From positions 72,759 to 136,758 of the forward strand of contig CAYMRP010000002.1 in the NCBI GenBank assembly GCA_964392925.1: a stretch of DNA of 64,000 nucleotides, given 5' to 3'. Positions 18,870 through 29,436 of the stretch are shown in pieces. The DNA comes from an uncultured Gammaproteobacteria bacterium. Lineage in GTDB: Bacteria > Patescibacteriota > Microgenomatia > Daviesbacterales > UBA10151. The number at the start of each line of letters is the position of its first letter. The stretch's first letter is position 1. The notes beneath the pieces were generated by a model. It was given only the letters and a program-made list of their open reading frames with translations, ran no database searches and was not told the DNA's origin. A program made the translations under genes and the position numbers.

Positions 18870-20993
18870 TTAAGCAGGAGAAACTTCTGGGGTTTTAACA
18901 GCGTCACCTTCCGGCACTTTCGGCTTCGTCCAAGAAGCATAAGTACAAGTCGGCCAATTCTTGCATCCAAAAAAAGTTTTTCCTTTACGAGTTTTGCGTA
19001 CTACCACATCTCCTCCATCATTCGGACATTTTGCCTCAATCATTTCCTCAATCCGTTCAGTGTGTTTACATTCCGGAAACCCTGAACAAGCTAAAAACTT
19101 TCCAAACTTGCCAGTCCGCACTAATAGTTGTTTACCGCATTTAGGACAATTTTTATCAACCATCTCAACTTCTAGCTGAACTTTCTCAGCTGTTTCCTCA
19201 ACAGTCCCCAGTTTTGCAGCCAAAGGCTTAAAATAAGTCCCTACAGTCGCTTTCCATTCTTTCTCGCCTCTTGATATATCATCAAGCGAATCCTCCATTT
19301 GAGCTGTAAATTGATAATCAAACACCTCCGGAAAATGCTTCATTAAAAAATCGTTAACAGTTAACCCTAAAGCCGTCGGATTAAACTTCCGTTCATTACG
19401 TTCAACATAAAACCGGTCCTGAATAGTGGATATAATCGGCGCATAAGTTGAAGGCCGGCCTATTCCTAACTCTTCTAATTTTTTAACTAATGACGCTTCA
19501 GTATATCTTGGAGGCGGTTGAGTGAAATGCTGTAGCGGACTAATCCCTTTTTGATCTAAAGGCTCACCCTCTATAAGTTGTGGAATCTTTTGATTTTCAG
19601 CTTTACTTTTTACTTCTTCTTTGTCGGATTTTTCCTCCTCATCCTCTTCTTTATCAATCCCATAAACTTTTAACCATCCTGCAAACTTCAACTGAGAACC
19701 AGTAGCCCTAAGACCAAAGCTTTCAGCTGTCAGCTTTCTGCCCTCAACTTGCTGATCGCTGACGACTGACGACTGATAGCTACTCAAAACATCAACAGTT
19801 GTTTGGTTAAATAAAGCATCATTCACTTGCGAAGCCACAGTTCTTTTAAAAATTAAGTCATAAAGTCTTTTATGATCCCTAGTAAAATTATCTCCATTTA
19901 ATTTCTCTCCTGTTATCTTTAAATCTGTCGGCCTAATAGCCTCGTGAGCTTCTTGAGCATTTTTAGATTTAGCTTTATAAACCCTCGCTTGTGCTGGCAA
20001 ATACTCTCCTCCTAATACAGCTCCAATATATTCACGCGTCATTCCTAAAGCCTGGGAGGATAAAGTTACGGAATCTGTACGCATATAAGTTATAAAACCC
20101 TGCTCATAAAGGTTTTGAGCAATCATCATAGTTTTCTTAGCTGACATTCCTAATTTATTTCCCGAAGTCTGCTGCAATGTCGAAGTCGTAAACGGAGCGG
20201 CCGGTGATCTTTTAACTTCTTTTTTTGTTATCGCCCGGATTTTATAATCCGCAGTTTCCAATTTCCCCACCACCTCTTTTGCCAAAGCCTCATTATTAAT
20301 AACTGCCTTCTCACCATTAATAGAAACCAGTGCTGCAATGAATCCTGACTCTTGTCCTTTACCTCTCGATTCCAAACTTACGTCTATGCTCCAATATTCA
20401 TCAGCTTTAAATGCCTCTATCTCTCGCTCTCTTTCCACAATCAATCTCAAAGCCACTGATTGAACTCTTCCAGCCGACAACCCCCGCTTAACTTTTCTCC
20501 ACAATAGTGGTGACAATTTATAACCCACTAACCTATCTAAAACCCTGCGCGCTTGCTGGGCATCAACCAATTGCAAATTGATCTCACGCGGATGATCAAA
20601 AGCTGCCATTATTGCATCTTTGGTAATTTCATGAAATTCAACTCTCTTTATCTGCTGACTTTTAGCGGCTGTTTGTTTGCCTGTTTTCTTTTTCCCAGAC
20701 TCTTGCAGCAAATTCGCCAAATGCCAAGCAATCGCCTCGCCTTCCCGGTCAGGGTCGGTAGCCAAATAAAGAATTTCTGCTCCTTCAGCCATCTTTTTAA
20801 GCTCATTAACCTTTTTCTTTTTATCACGAGGGACTATATATTTAGGCTCAAATGTCTCCTCATTAACTCCAATCTCAGCTTTTGGAAGGTCCCGGATATG
20901 ACCCATTGAGGCTTCAATACGATAATTTTTACCTAAAAATTTAGATAAAGTCCGCGCTTTTGTAGGTGATTCAACAATTACTAAATTTTGCAT
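18870..20993 (-). CDS. topA: DNA topoisomerase I with C-terminal zinc ribbons
   Basis: 707 aa; TOPRIM N-terminus, multiple CxxC...CxxC zinc fingers at C-terminus. Confidence 0.9.
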   Translation of the reverse strand: MQNLVIVESPTKARTLSKFLGKNYRIEASMGHIRDLPKAEIGVNEETFEPKYIVPRDKKKKVNELKKMAEGAEILYLATDPDREGEAIAWHLANLLQESGKKKTGKQTAAKSQQIKRVEFHEITKDAIMAAFDHPREINLQLVDAQQARRVLDRLVGYKLSPLLWRKVKRGLSAGRVQSVALRLIVEREREIEAFKADEYWSIDVSLESRGKGQESGFIAALVSINGEKAVINNEALAKEVVGKLETADYKIRAITKKEVKRSPAAPFTTSTLQQTSGNKLGMSAKKTMMIAQNLYEQGFITYMRTDSVTLSSQALGMTREYIGAVLGGEYLPAQARVYKAKSKNAQEAHEAIRPTDLKITGEKLNGDNFTRDHKRLYDLIFKRTVASQVNDALFNQTTVDVLSSYQSSVVSDQQVEGRKLTAESFGLRATGSQLKFAGWLKVYGIDKEEDEEEKSDKEEVKSKAENQKIPQLIEGEPLDQKGISPLQHFTQPPPRYTEASLVKKLEELGIGRPSTYAPIISTIQDRFYVERNERKFNPTALGLTVNDFLMKHFPEVFDYQFTAQMEDSLDDISRGEKEWKATVGTYFKPLAAKLGTVEETAEKVQLEVEMVDKNCPKCGKQLLVRTGKFGKFLACSGFPECKHTERIEEMIEAKCPNDGGDVVVRKTRKGKTFFGCKNWPTCTYASWTKPKVPEGDAVKTPEVSPA

Positions 20994-20996
20994 AAT

Positions 20997-21281
20997 TTAT
21001 TCTATATAATTTCTTCGCATATATCTTCTCATCGCTGCCTGAGTTACTATGCCAACACCTAAACCAATTCCCGTCACAGCCACTCCCCCCACCACAATGT
21101 CTGGATTGTTGATCATCAAACCCCCGTACAGCGTTATAACTCCTGAGCCTACTGATATTCTCCAGAACCTATCAATTGAATCATAATACCGTAAAGTAGA
21201 ATGTATATGCCTATCCAATAATCCGACAGCCTCTTGAGAGCCTGATTGTCTGAAATCGCTTTTATCTCTTTCACTTAGCAT
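20997..21281 (-). CDS. hypothetical small membrane protein
   Basis: 94 aa, Gly-rich hydrophobic C-terminal half. Confidence 0.35.
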   Translation of the reverse strand: MLSERDKSDFRQSGSQEAVGLLDRHIHSTLRYYDSIDRFWRISVGSGVITLYGGLMINNPDIVVGGVAVTGIGLGVGIVTQAAMRRYMRRNYIE

Positions 21282-21381
21282 ACTTTAAATTGGTCTTAAC
21301 TTACGACTATGTATATTACATCACTTGTCAAGCATTATAGGATAATTAATTAACATGAGAAGAATCGACTGTGACAGGAAT

Positions 21382-23925
21382 CTACTCTAAAAACTTTTCC
21401 TCAACCCAAATAACTTCACCCTTAGGCAAATTACCCTCCAAAATCATTCGCGACAACTTGGCCTCGATAGTGTTTTGAATAACTCTTCTTAATGGACGTG
21501 CGCCAAGCATTGCATCAAAACCAATTTCTGTTAACTTCTCAATAACTGCATCTTTAAATTCAATCAAATACCCCTCCTTTTTAAGCATAACTTGAAGCAC
21601 TTTTAGTTTTATCCCGACAATCTTTTTTAAATCCTCCGGACTTAATGTTTTAAATAGAACCACTTCATCAAAACGATTAATCAACTCAGGTTTAAAGATT
21701 TTTAATAGTTCGTCTGAAACATCTTTTGAGAAATCTTCCAGCTTTTTACCAGAATTAAGTCCATTAGCAATAATTAATGAACCGGCATTAGAAGTTGCAA
21801 TAATAATTGTATTAGTAAAATCAGTTAATTTGCCCGACGCATCCGTTAATCGCCCATCATCTAAAACTTGCAAAAACAAATTCAAAATTTTAGATTCTGC
21901 TTTCTCAAATTCATCCAGCAAAATCAAACAATAGGGCCGGTTCTTAACCGCTTCTGTTAATTCACCTGGATTCTGTGAAGTCCCGATTAACCTATTTATC
22001 GATTCAACACTTTGATACTCTGACATATCAAATCGAACAAACGCATCTCTATTCTTAAAATAAATCTCCGCTAGAGTCTTGGCCAATTCCGTTTTCCCCA
22101 CACCAGTCGGACCAACAAACAAGAAAGATCCAATCGGTCTATCTTTATCTCGAATTTGCGCCGAAGCCCGGCGTAAAGTATCTGATACTTTGTGTACCGC
22201 CTCCTCTTGATCAATCATCCGCTTATGAATCTCATCCTCTAAATTAAGTAGCAACTCTTTCGATGCTGATTCAAGATCTGCAACCGGCACATTTACCACC
22301 TTCGACAAAACTTCTTTTACCGTTTGAACAGTTATCACTCTTTCCGGACTTTTAGTGCATTCAACCAAACATTCTTCATAAACCGCCAGCGCCGAATCAG
22401 GCAGCACCCTGTTATGAATTAATTCTTTAGATTTCTCAACCAAATAAACAATTGCACTGTACGTTGTTCTAATACCGCCGTATTTAGCTTTTTCAATTGA
22501 CCTATTCGAAATAACCTCAATTGTTTCTTCCGGAGATGCTGAAGGCAATTCTATTTTATGAAATATTCTGGCAAAACTTCCGTTTCTTTCAATTATCCTT
22601 GAATAATTCGAAGCCTCAGTTGTAGCGATAAATTGAAACTTATCTGATTCTAAATATGGCAGTAATAACGAATATAAATTAAGACTTCCACCCGCATCAC
22701 CAACTCCAAGTTCATGAATTTCATCAATAAATATAATTACATCTTCAATAAATTGAACTTCCTCAAAAGCTGCTCTGATTTTTTCTGCCAATTCTCCTTC
22801 AGTTCTAACCGAAGATAAAAGCCTCGCCCCTTCCAACTTTACCAATCTTTTGGTCGCCATCGAGGAGGGCGCGTCCCCTCTCACGATTAATTTTGCTAAA
22901 TAATTAACCAAGGTTGATTTACCAGCTCCTGGTTCACCGACCAAAAGAACATTGCTATTTTGCTCTTGAGATAAAACAGTAATAATCTCCGAAACAATAG
23001 CCTGCCTACCAACAAATTCCGGAGCTTTGTTTCTATAAATATCCCGCGTCAAATCAACTGAAATTGCATCCAAATAAGGTGTTGGTGCACCTAACCAGCC
23101 TCTATTCACGCCACTTAAATGATGTATCCCAAAATCCTCATCCCAAATATAAATCTTCTTCCATCTGCTGCGGGTTGTTTCCAAATATTTAAGCGCGCCA
23201 CGAAAATCCTCAATCTTTAAATTTATCTTCATCAACTGATTCTCAACACCCTCAATACTCTCAAGCATTGCTACCCAAAAATAACTTTCTGTAATATGAC
23301 GCGCACCAGAAAGTCTTGCCAGCTCGAAAGCTTTTTCAGCAATCCCCTCATCTGCTGCGATCTCTTTACCAGCAAAATGATCAGCATCAAGCTCCAAACT
23401 TTTCAAAAAAGCTTTCACTTCAAAAGTCTTCAACAATTTATCCCAAGTCACATCTTCCTTTTTTAGCTTTGTCACCTTCCAAATATCCCGCACCGAACCT
23501 ATCTGCCAAAGATTTTTAATTCCGTGATGCATCTCTTTATAAATAAATATCGTCAGTCCCAAAATAATGAAGGTGATATTAGCGATTATAAAAATATCCT
23601 CGTATGGGAAAAAAGGGACCAAATTAAAAATTACAGCAATTAGTGAAAACGGTGCACTAAACCAAATAAGCGCCGCTAAAATCATTACAACCGAGGCACA
23701 TAAAAACCCGAAAATTCCAATTAACACCCTTCCCAGTCTAAAGAAAAAACTTAAAATTCGTCCAACAATACTCGCATCATGAAACAACGGCGTAAATATC
23801 AGCCTCAGCATTAACCCAACAGCCAGGTCCTCTTCTAAAACCAGTAAAATATTTTTTAATGACCGCAAAAACACAGTTGCAGCGTTTGGATACCAAAATA
23901 ATAATAAATGGACAGGAAGCAGCAT
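21382..23925 (-). CDS. Clp/Hsp100-family double AAA+ ATPase with N-terminal transmembrane domain
   Basis: 847 aa; ~130-aa hydrophobic N-terminus (about 4 predicted TM), AAA1 Walker A GEPGAGKST, AAA2 GPTGVGKTELAKTLA and LILLDEFEKA. Confidence 0.75.
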   Translation of the reverse strand: MLLPVHLLLFWYPNAATVFLRSLKNILLVLEEDLAVGLMLRLIFTPLFHDASIVGRILSFFFRLGRVLIGIFGFLCASVVMILAALIWFSAPFSLIAVIFNLVPFFPYEDIFIIANITFIILGLTIFIYKEMHHGIKNLWQIGSVRDIWKVTKLKKEDVTWDKLLKTFEVKAFLKSLELDADHFAGKEIAADEGIAEKAFELARLSGARHITESYFWVAMLESIEGVENQLMKINLKIEDFRGALKYLETTRSRWKKIYIWDEDFGIHHLSGVNRGWLGAPTPYLDAISVDLTRDIYRNKAPEFVGRQAIVSEIITVLSQEQNSNVLLVGEPGAGKSTLVNYLAKLIVRGDAPSSMATKRLVKLEGARLLSSVRTEGELAEKIRAAFEEVQFIEDVIIFIDEIHELGVGDAGGSLNLYSLLLPYLESDKFQFIATTEASNYSRIIERNGSFARIFHKIELPSASPEETIEVISNRSIEKAKYGGIRTTYSAIVYLVEKSKELIHNRVLPDSALAVYEECLVECTKSPERVITVQTVKEVLSKVVNVPVADLESASKELLLNLEDEIHKRMIDQEEAVHKVSDTLRRASAQIRDKDRPIGSFLFVGPTGVGKTELAKTLAEIYFKNRDAFVRFDMSEYQSVESINRLIGTSQNPGELTEAVKNRPYCLILLDEFEKAESKILNLFLQVLDDGRLTDASGKLTDFTNTIIIATSNAGSLIIANGLNSGKKLEDFSKDVSDELLKIFKPELINRFDEVVLFKTLSPEDLKKIVGIKLKVLQVMLKKEGYLIEFKDAVIEKLTEIGFDAMLGARPLRRVIQNTIEAKLSRMILEGNLPKGEVIWVEEKFLE

Positions 23926-23928
23926 AAA

Positions 23929-24327
23929 CTATTTAATCCGGATAACCTCACCTTCAAGATCCAGCTCAACAAAATGAGCCGCTCTTCCTTCTATATATGC
24001 CGGGCATTGATTCTCAGCCAATTCGTCTAACTTTTGTCTCGGATTATGAGCGATATCAACCACCCAATCTGGCATCAAATCGTTCGTCAAACAAGGACCG
24101 CTTGAAAAATCTGTGCCGGCATTTTTTCTGTTTTTATAAACATCTTGTGCCTTTTTAACCGCATTATCAATTTCATCATCTAATCCCGGTTTATACTTTC
24201 CTCTAATTGCAGTATTAAATGGATTAGTTTCATGCACATAAACAATCGCCAAAGAAACAATCGCAATCACAGATAACACAAGTATAAGTAGTTTCCCTCT
24301 TGAGGCTGATGTCATATTCTCACTCAT
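23929..24327 (-). CDS. hypothetical membrane-anchored protein
   Basis: 132 aa, single N-terminal TM helix. Confidence 0.35.
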   Translation of the reverse strand: MSENMTSASRGKLLILVLSVIAIVSLAIVYVHETNPFNTAIRGKYKPGLDDEIDNAVKKAQDVYKNRKNAGTDFSSGPCLTNDLMPDWVVDIAHNPRQKLDELAENQCPAYIEGRAAHFVELDLEGEVIRIK

Positions 24328-24362
24328 ACTCCAATTTTGGCATTTACAGACCTCATTGGCAA

Positions 24363-25442
24363 CTATGCCTTAATATAGTTTCCTGCACCCATATTCCTAA
24401 CAACACCCAAGATCTCCAGCTTTAAAAGTACTGAAGAAATATCAGCAACTTTCTTCTTAAGTTCTCTTGCAATCTCATCCACATGCCGTCCTTCATTCTT
24501 TATTAACTCCAAAATCTCTTTCTCCTCAAAGCTCAAATTTAACTGACTAACATTAACTACTTTCGCCGTCACAACCCCTAGTTCATCTAAAATATCCCCA
24601 ACACTTGACACTAATTTCGCTCCATCTTTTAACAATACCGAAGTCCCCGAAGACATCCCTGAAGTTATTGGTCCTGGAACTGCAAAAACTTCCCTTCCTT
24701 GTTCAATAGCCAAACGCGCCGTAATCAAAGATCCCGAATCCTCAGCAGCCTCTGTCACCAAAACGCCTTTTGATAAACCGGCAATTATTCTATTTCTAGC
24801 CGGGAAATTCCCCGATAAATGAGGATAAGCAGGCGGAAATTCAGTTAATATCGCCCCAAACCCCGAAGCAATTTTCTCAGCCAACCTAACATTCTCGGAA
24901 GGAAAAATTTTAGATAATCCGCCTCCCAAAACAGCTAATGTTTTTCCACCAGACTCAATCGCAGTTACATGAGCTACAGTATCAACTCCTCTCGCCAGTC
25001 CCGAAACAATCGTCAATCCTGCCTCAACTAATTCACGGGTTAATTTTTCGGTAACTATTCTCCCGTAACCCGTCGGCTTCCTGGTCCCCACAACCCCGAA
25101 GCAATTTTCCAGTACTTGCGCGTCTATCACCCCTTTATAATAAATAATCATCGGAGCTCCTGAAATTTCGCGTAGTGAATCCGGATAATCGTCCTGAAAA
25201 ATTGTCACAACTTTAATTCCTGCTTTTTCTAAACTTAAGAAATATTCATCCGGATCAATATCTCTCTTTGCATCTCTAAAATTTTCTATTAATTTTTCCG
25301 GAAATCTAAATTGTCTTAATTCTGAAAAAGGAGCCTCCCAAATAGATTTAAAATCTCCAAAATAGTCAAACAATTTCTTAACCCTCGCCGGTCCAAACCC
25401 TTCAACTGAATGCAAAGCTAAAAGAAATCTCAAATTCTCCAT
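24363..25442 (-). CDS. dprA: DNA processing protein DprA (Smf)
   Basis: 359 aa; Rossmann-like core GVVGTRKPTGYG...LARGVDT, C-terminal winged helix. Confidence 0.85.
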   Translation of the reverse strand: MENLRFLLALHSVEGFGPARVKKLFDYFGDFKSIWEAPFSELRQFRFPEKLIENFRDAKRDIDPDEYFLSLEKAGIKVVTIFQDDYPDSLREISGAPMIIYYKGVIDAQVLENCFGVVGTRKPTGYGRIVTEKLTRELVEAGLTIVSGLARGVDTVAHVTAIESGGKTLAVLGGGLSKIFPSENVRLAEKIASGFGAILTEFPPAYPHLSGNFPARNRIIAGLSKGVLVTEAAEDSGSLITARLAIEQGREVFAVPGPITSGMSSGTSVLLKDGAKLVSSVGDILDELGVVTAKVVNVSQLNLSFEEKEILELIKNEGRHVDEIARELKKKVADISSVLLKLEILGVVRNMGAGNYIKA

Positions 25443-25454
25443 TTATAATAAAAC

Positions 25455-27302
25455 TTATTCTCCCAAAGTCCGCGCCGACTCTGTCGCGATCATTCCCGTA
25501 TCTTTAATTAGATTGTTTTTGTCAGTAGAAAAATAATATCTAAAAATTTCTTTCACAACCGGCGAAGCATTCGTCGACCCTTCCCCACCACCTTCCATTA
25601 AAACTGTCGCTGTTATTCTTGGCTGATCAACCGGCGCATACCCCGCATACCAGGCATGAGTCTTATCGTCAGGCCCATATTCAGCAGTTCCAGTTTTCCC
25701 AGCTGTTGTAATAGGAAAAGTAAAAAATGGCCAGGCGGTTCCACCCTCTTTTGGCACTTGTTCTAAGCCGTCTTTTATTAGCCTCATAAATTCAGGACGT
25801 GTCGGATGATTTATTGGATCATACTTAAATTTTTTGACCGAACCTCGTACTGCATCCTTAATCTCGAGACCCAAATGAGGTGGAAATTGCTTACCATCTG
25901 ATGCAACATACGAAATCATATTAGAAATCTGCAGAGGTGTTGTCAGTAAAAACCCCTGTCCAATCGCCATATGCAAATTATCCCCTGGATACCAAACCTC
26001 TCCAATAACTTTCTCTTTCCATTCTGGATCTGGAACCAACCCTGCACTCTCTCCTAAGATATCAATTCCCACCTTTTTTCCAAAACCCAGCTTCTTTGCC
26101 GTATCTCCCATGCTTTTCTCACCCACTGAATGTCCTAATTGATAAAAATAAATGTCGTTTGAACGCTTAAGCGCAATTGGTAAATCAACCAAACCTTCTT
26201 CTTTTCTTCCATATTGAGTAAAGTACCAGTTTGAAAAGCTGAATGGTCCCAAATTCATAACACCAGTATCTTCAAATTTTGTTTCAGCAGTTATTTTTCC
26301 GGATTCAAGACCCGCTAAACCACTCGCTATTTTAAATGTTGATCCCGGAGGATATTCACCAGCAATTGCCCTATTAAGAAGCGGCGAATTTGCAGCAGTT
26401 AGAGCTTCCGATAAATTATTAGGATCAAATGACGGCACAGATACCAAACTGAGGACCTCCCCAGTATTAGGATCATTTACCACTACCGCCCCACAACAAG
26501 CTTTAGATTTTTCCAAAGCTTTGCTCAATTCCTCAAACGCCACTTTCTGTAAATCAGCATCAATCGTTAAAATTAAATTCTGCCCCGGTATTGCTTCTTT
26601 TTTCCGAAGCGTTCGTTTTGGTCTTCCGGCCGCATCAACTTCAATAATTTCCCCACCATCAATTCCCTTAAGCGCTTTCTCATAGGCTTCCTCTACACCT
26701 CCCCGGCCAATTTTATCTCCTAATCTGTAATTCACATATTTTTCATTCTTCAATTCTTCCTCAGTTATCTCACCTAAATAGCCTAAAATATGACTTGTTT
26801 TATCTCCTTGTATATAAGAACGCATTGAATCAATTTCTAAATCTTTAAGCCGGGGATCATTCGTCGCTTCCATCTTTAAATATTCCTCACGGCTTATATA
26901 TTTTGCTTTTTCATTTCGGTTTTCCGGATTATAAAGCCGAAATCCCGGATTATTTTGAGCCAAAATTTTTCCATTTCTGTCATAAATTACCCCTCTTGGA
27001 GCATGAATCGTTTTCACCTGTATTCTGTTTGAATCTGCAAGTTCTAAATTTTCCTTGCCGCGGGCAACCTGAAGATGAAATAACCTGCCAATCATCAAAG
27101 AAAAAGCCAGAATAAAAACCACCGCCATTATCGATTTCGTCCAGGGGTTAATCGGAGAGCTTGTTTCCTCTTCCATATCAGAAAAGAATAAATTATTACC
27201 AATATCACCAGCATTTAATTTTTTATTGTAGAAGTGTCCTGATGACCGGGCTGTTTTTCGAAGCTCATCTGAGAATGCTCTGCCAAATTTATTTTTTGCC
27301 AT
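25455..27302 (-). CDS. mrdA: penicillin-binding protein 2 (class B transpeptidase)
   Basis: 615 aa; N-terminal TM, STFK (SxxK), SxN and KTGTA motifs; downstream of mreC-mreD. Confidence 0.85.
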   Translation of the reverse strand: MAKNKFGRAFSDELRKTARSSGHFYNKKLNAGDIGNNLFFSDMEEETSSPINPWTKSIMAVVFILAFSLMIGRLFHLQVARGKENLELADSNRIQVKTIHAPRGVIYDRNGKILAQNNPGFRLYNPENRNEKAKYISREEYLKMEATNDPRLKDLEIDSMRSYIQGDKTSHILGYLGEITEEELKNEKYVNYRLGDKIGRGGVEEAYEKALKGIDGGEIIEVDAAGRPKRTLRKKEAIPGQNLILTIDADLQKVAFEELSKALEKSKACCGAVVVNDPNTGEVLSLVSVPSFDPNNLSEALTAANSPLLNRAIAGEYPPGSTFKIASGLAGLESGKITAETKFEDTGVMNLGPFSFSNWYFTQYGRKEEGLVDLPIALKRSNDIYFYQLGHSVGEKSMGDTAKKLGFGKKVGIDILGESAGLVPDPEWKEKVIGEVWYPGDNLHMAIGQGFLLTTPLQISNMISYVASDGKQFPPHLGLEIKDAVRGSVKKFKYDPINHPTRPEFMRLIKDGLEQVPKEGGTAWPFFTFPITTAGKTGTAEYGPDDKTHAWYAGYAPVDQPRITATVLMEGGGEGSTNASPVVKEIFRYYFSTDKNNLIKDTGMIATESARTLGE

Positions 27303-27318
27303 AGTAGAAAACTAAATT

Positions 27319-27768
27319 TTATGCTCTTATTCTTAATTTTGTATGAGAAGTGGCAACAAATCTATCTTCCCAACTTCTTAATAAAAGATAAGTCGGCAAA
27401 ACTAGAATCATTTCAGTTAACCTCGGCCAAAACGTAAAGCTCTGGCCAGCAAAAAAACTGCTCAACATACCTGCGATTCCAATAAGCAAAGCTCCTGAAA
27501 TAAAAATCATTATCAAATTAAATGACACCGGCAGTTTTCTTAGCATACTCGCCAATTTAACCAACAATATAAATAGAATTGAGTAGTATCCAAGATTCGA
27601 CTGTGTCAGAAAAGATAAAATTAATCCGCCAAAAAAGGCAATAAATAAATTATCTCTATCTTCAATAACTAAACTCCGCGCCACAATCAAAACCAGCACT
27701 AAGTTAATCGGCAAAAAAGCACTTTGTAGAAATGCCGCTAGTGTTATTAATAGTAAAAATATCTTCAT
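27319..27768 (-). CDS. mreD: rod shape-determining protein MreD (putative)
   Basis: 149-aa polytopic membrane protein between mreC and pbp2. Confidence 0.55.
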   Translation of the reverse strand: MKIFLLLITLAAFLQSAFLPINLVLVLIVARSLVIEDRDNLFIAFFGGLILSFLTQSNLGYYSILFILLVKLASMLRKLPVSFNLIMIFISGALLIGIAGMLSSFFAGQSFTFWPRLTEMILVLPTYLLLRSWEDRFVATSHTKLRIRA

Positions 27769-27778
27769 AATTTAACAA

Positions 27779-28570
27779 TTATTCCCCCACCACAAAAACT
27801 ACTTCAAGATCTGCAATATTAAAAACCGGCTTCACTTTTGCCTGCTTAAATATTTCATTATCTTTTTGAATAACCTCTGAGACTTGGCCCAAAACCAAAC
27901 CTCTTGGAATATCAACCTCCTGTCCTTCTGAATAAACTAAATCCCCAACTTTAATTGGCTCTTCATGCAGAATCTTATCGAGCATCATTTCAGAACCAAA
28001 TTGTCCAATCAAAATTCCTTTTGCCCGGCCTTCATCCGATTGAGAAAAAGCTGAAATTCGCGAATCAGGATCGATCCCTAAAATAACTTTACTTCTTTTT
28101 GGATCTGCTTCTTTTATAAGTCCAATAAAATTATCCTTAAAGATCACTGCCTGTCCTGGCTTAAATCCGTCCTCTGACCCTTTATCAATCAGTAAAAATC
28201 TGGAAAAACCGAAAGGTCTAGCTGGCACTAAATTAAAAGCCTGATCTGATAGAACTTCTTTTTGGTCTAAAAAACTTTGGGCTTCAGCTAATTTTTTTCT
28301 TAAGTTAGCATTCTCCGATAAAATCTGCGCCATCTGTTCCGACTTTGCCCTATTTTCCTGAGCTGCTTGCCTAGCTGAAATCACAAATCCAAACTGCCGG
28401 CTAACACTAAGCGAGCTTTTATAAAGTCCATATTGGATCGGGATAGTCACAGTTTGCAGCAAACTCTTAGGGATATCCAACAATTTATAAAAATCTAACA
28501 AAAGTAGTGAAACGGAAATTAAAAGTAGAATTAGTAGGAGCTTTAAGTCGTAAAGTAAAATCTTCAGCAT
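27779..28570 (-). CDS. mreC: rod shape-determining protein MreC
   Basis: 263 aa; N-terminal TM + coiled coil then beta-rich domain typical of MreC. Confidence 0.75.
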   Translation of the reverse strand: MLKILLYDLKLLLILLLISVSLLLLDFYKLLDIPKSLLQTVTIPIQYGLYKSSLSVSRQFGFVISARQAAQENRAKSEQMAQILSENANLRKKLAEAQSFLDQKEVLSDQAFNLVPARPFGFSRFLLIDKGSEDGFKPGQAVIFKDNFIGLIKEADPKRSKVILGIDPDSRISAFSQSDEGRAKGILIGQFGSEMMLDKILHEEPIKVGDLVYSEGQEVDIPRGLVLGQVSEVIQKDNEIFKQAKVKPVFNIADLEVVFVVGE

Positions 28571-28614
28571 CAGGTTGTAAATATACCATATTTGTGCGAA
28601 AATCTTCTCAATAA

Positions 28615-29436
28615 ATGCCTAATCCGTTCATCGAAAAATTAAAGTCAAAATGGAATGAAGGCAAGTTCGTTTGCGTTGGTTTGGATACCGATTTTTCTAA
28701 AATTCCCGACAATATTAAACAAAAAACTTCAAACGATAAATTCCCCATCGCTTCGGCCGTATATGAATTCAACAAGTCGATTATCGATTCTACTCATGAT
28801 TTAGTTTGCGCCTATAAAATCAACAGTGCTTTCTACGAAGCTCAAGTCCAAACTTGGGAAGCCATGCAGCATACATTTTTATATATCCAAAAAAATTATC
28901 CTGGAATCCCCGTCATTCTCGATGCCAAACGGGCCGACATCGGTAATACCAATCAAGGCTACGTTAAAATGGCTTTTGAATCACTCAAAGCTGATGCCAT
29001 CACTGTTCATCCATATTTAGGTAAAGAAGCTCTAGGCCCATTTTTATCTCAGGAGGACAAAGGTATTATTGTTTTAGTTAGAACTTCAAATCCCGGATCT
29101 GGTGAGCTTCAAAGCTTAGAGATGAACGGCCGACCTCTTTATCAACTAGTTGCAGAAAACGTTGCAAAAAACTGGAATACTCTTGGAAATTGTGCCGTTG
29201 TAGTCGGCGCAACTTATCCTGAAGAATTAAAAAAGGTCCGACAAATTATTGGCGATATCCCGATTCTAATTCCCGGTATTGGAGCCCAAGGTGGCAATTT
29301 AGAACAAACAGTTAAAAACGGTCTCAATTCCCAAAAACAGGGTATTATAATTACCAGCTCCAGAAGTATAATTTATTCTGATAGCCCAAGACAGTCGACT
29401 ATTGATCTGGACAAAAAAATAAAGGAACTGATATGA
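28615..29436 (+). CDS. pyrF: orotidine 5'-phosphate decarboxylase (type 2)
   Basis: 273 aa; DAKRADIGNT active-site region. Confidence 0.85.
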   Translation: MPNPFIEKLKSKWNEGKFVCVGLDTDFSKIPDNIKQKTSNDKFPIASAVYEFNKSIIDSTHDLVCAYKINSAFYEAQVQTWEAMQHTFLYIQKNYPGIPVILDAKRADIGNTNQGYVKMAFESLKADAITVHPYLGKEALGPFLSQEDKGIIVLVRTSNPGSGELQSLEMNGRPLYQLVAENVAKNWNTLGNCAVVVGATYPEELKKVRQIIGDIPILIPGIGAQGGNLEQTVKNGLNSQKQGIIITSSRSIIYSDSPRQSTIDLDKKIKELI

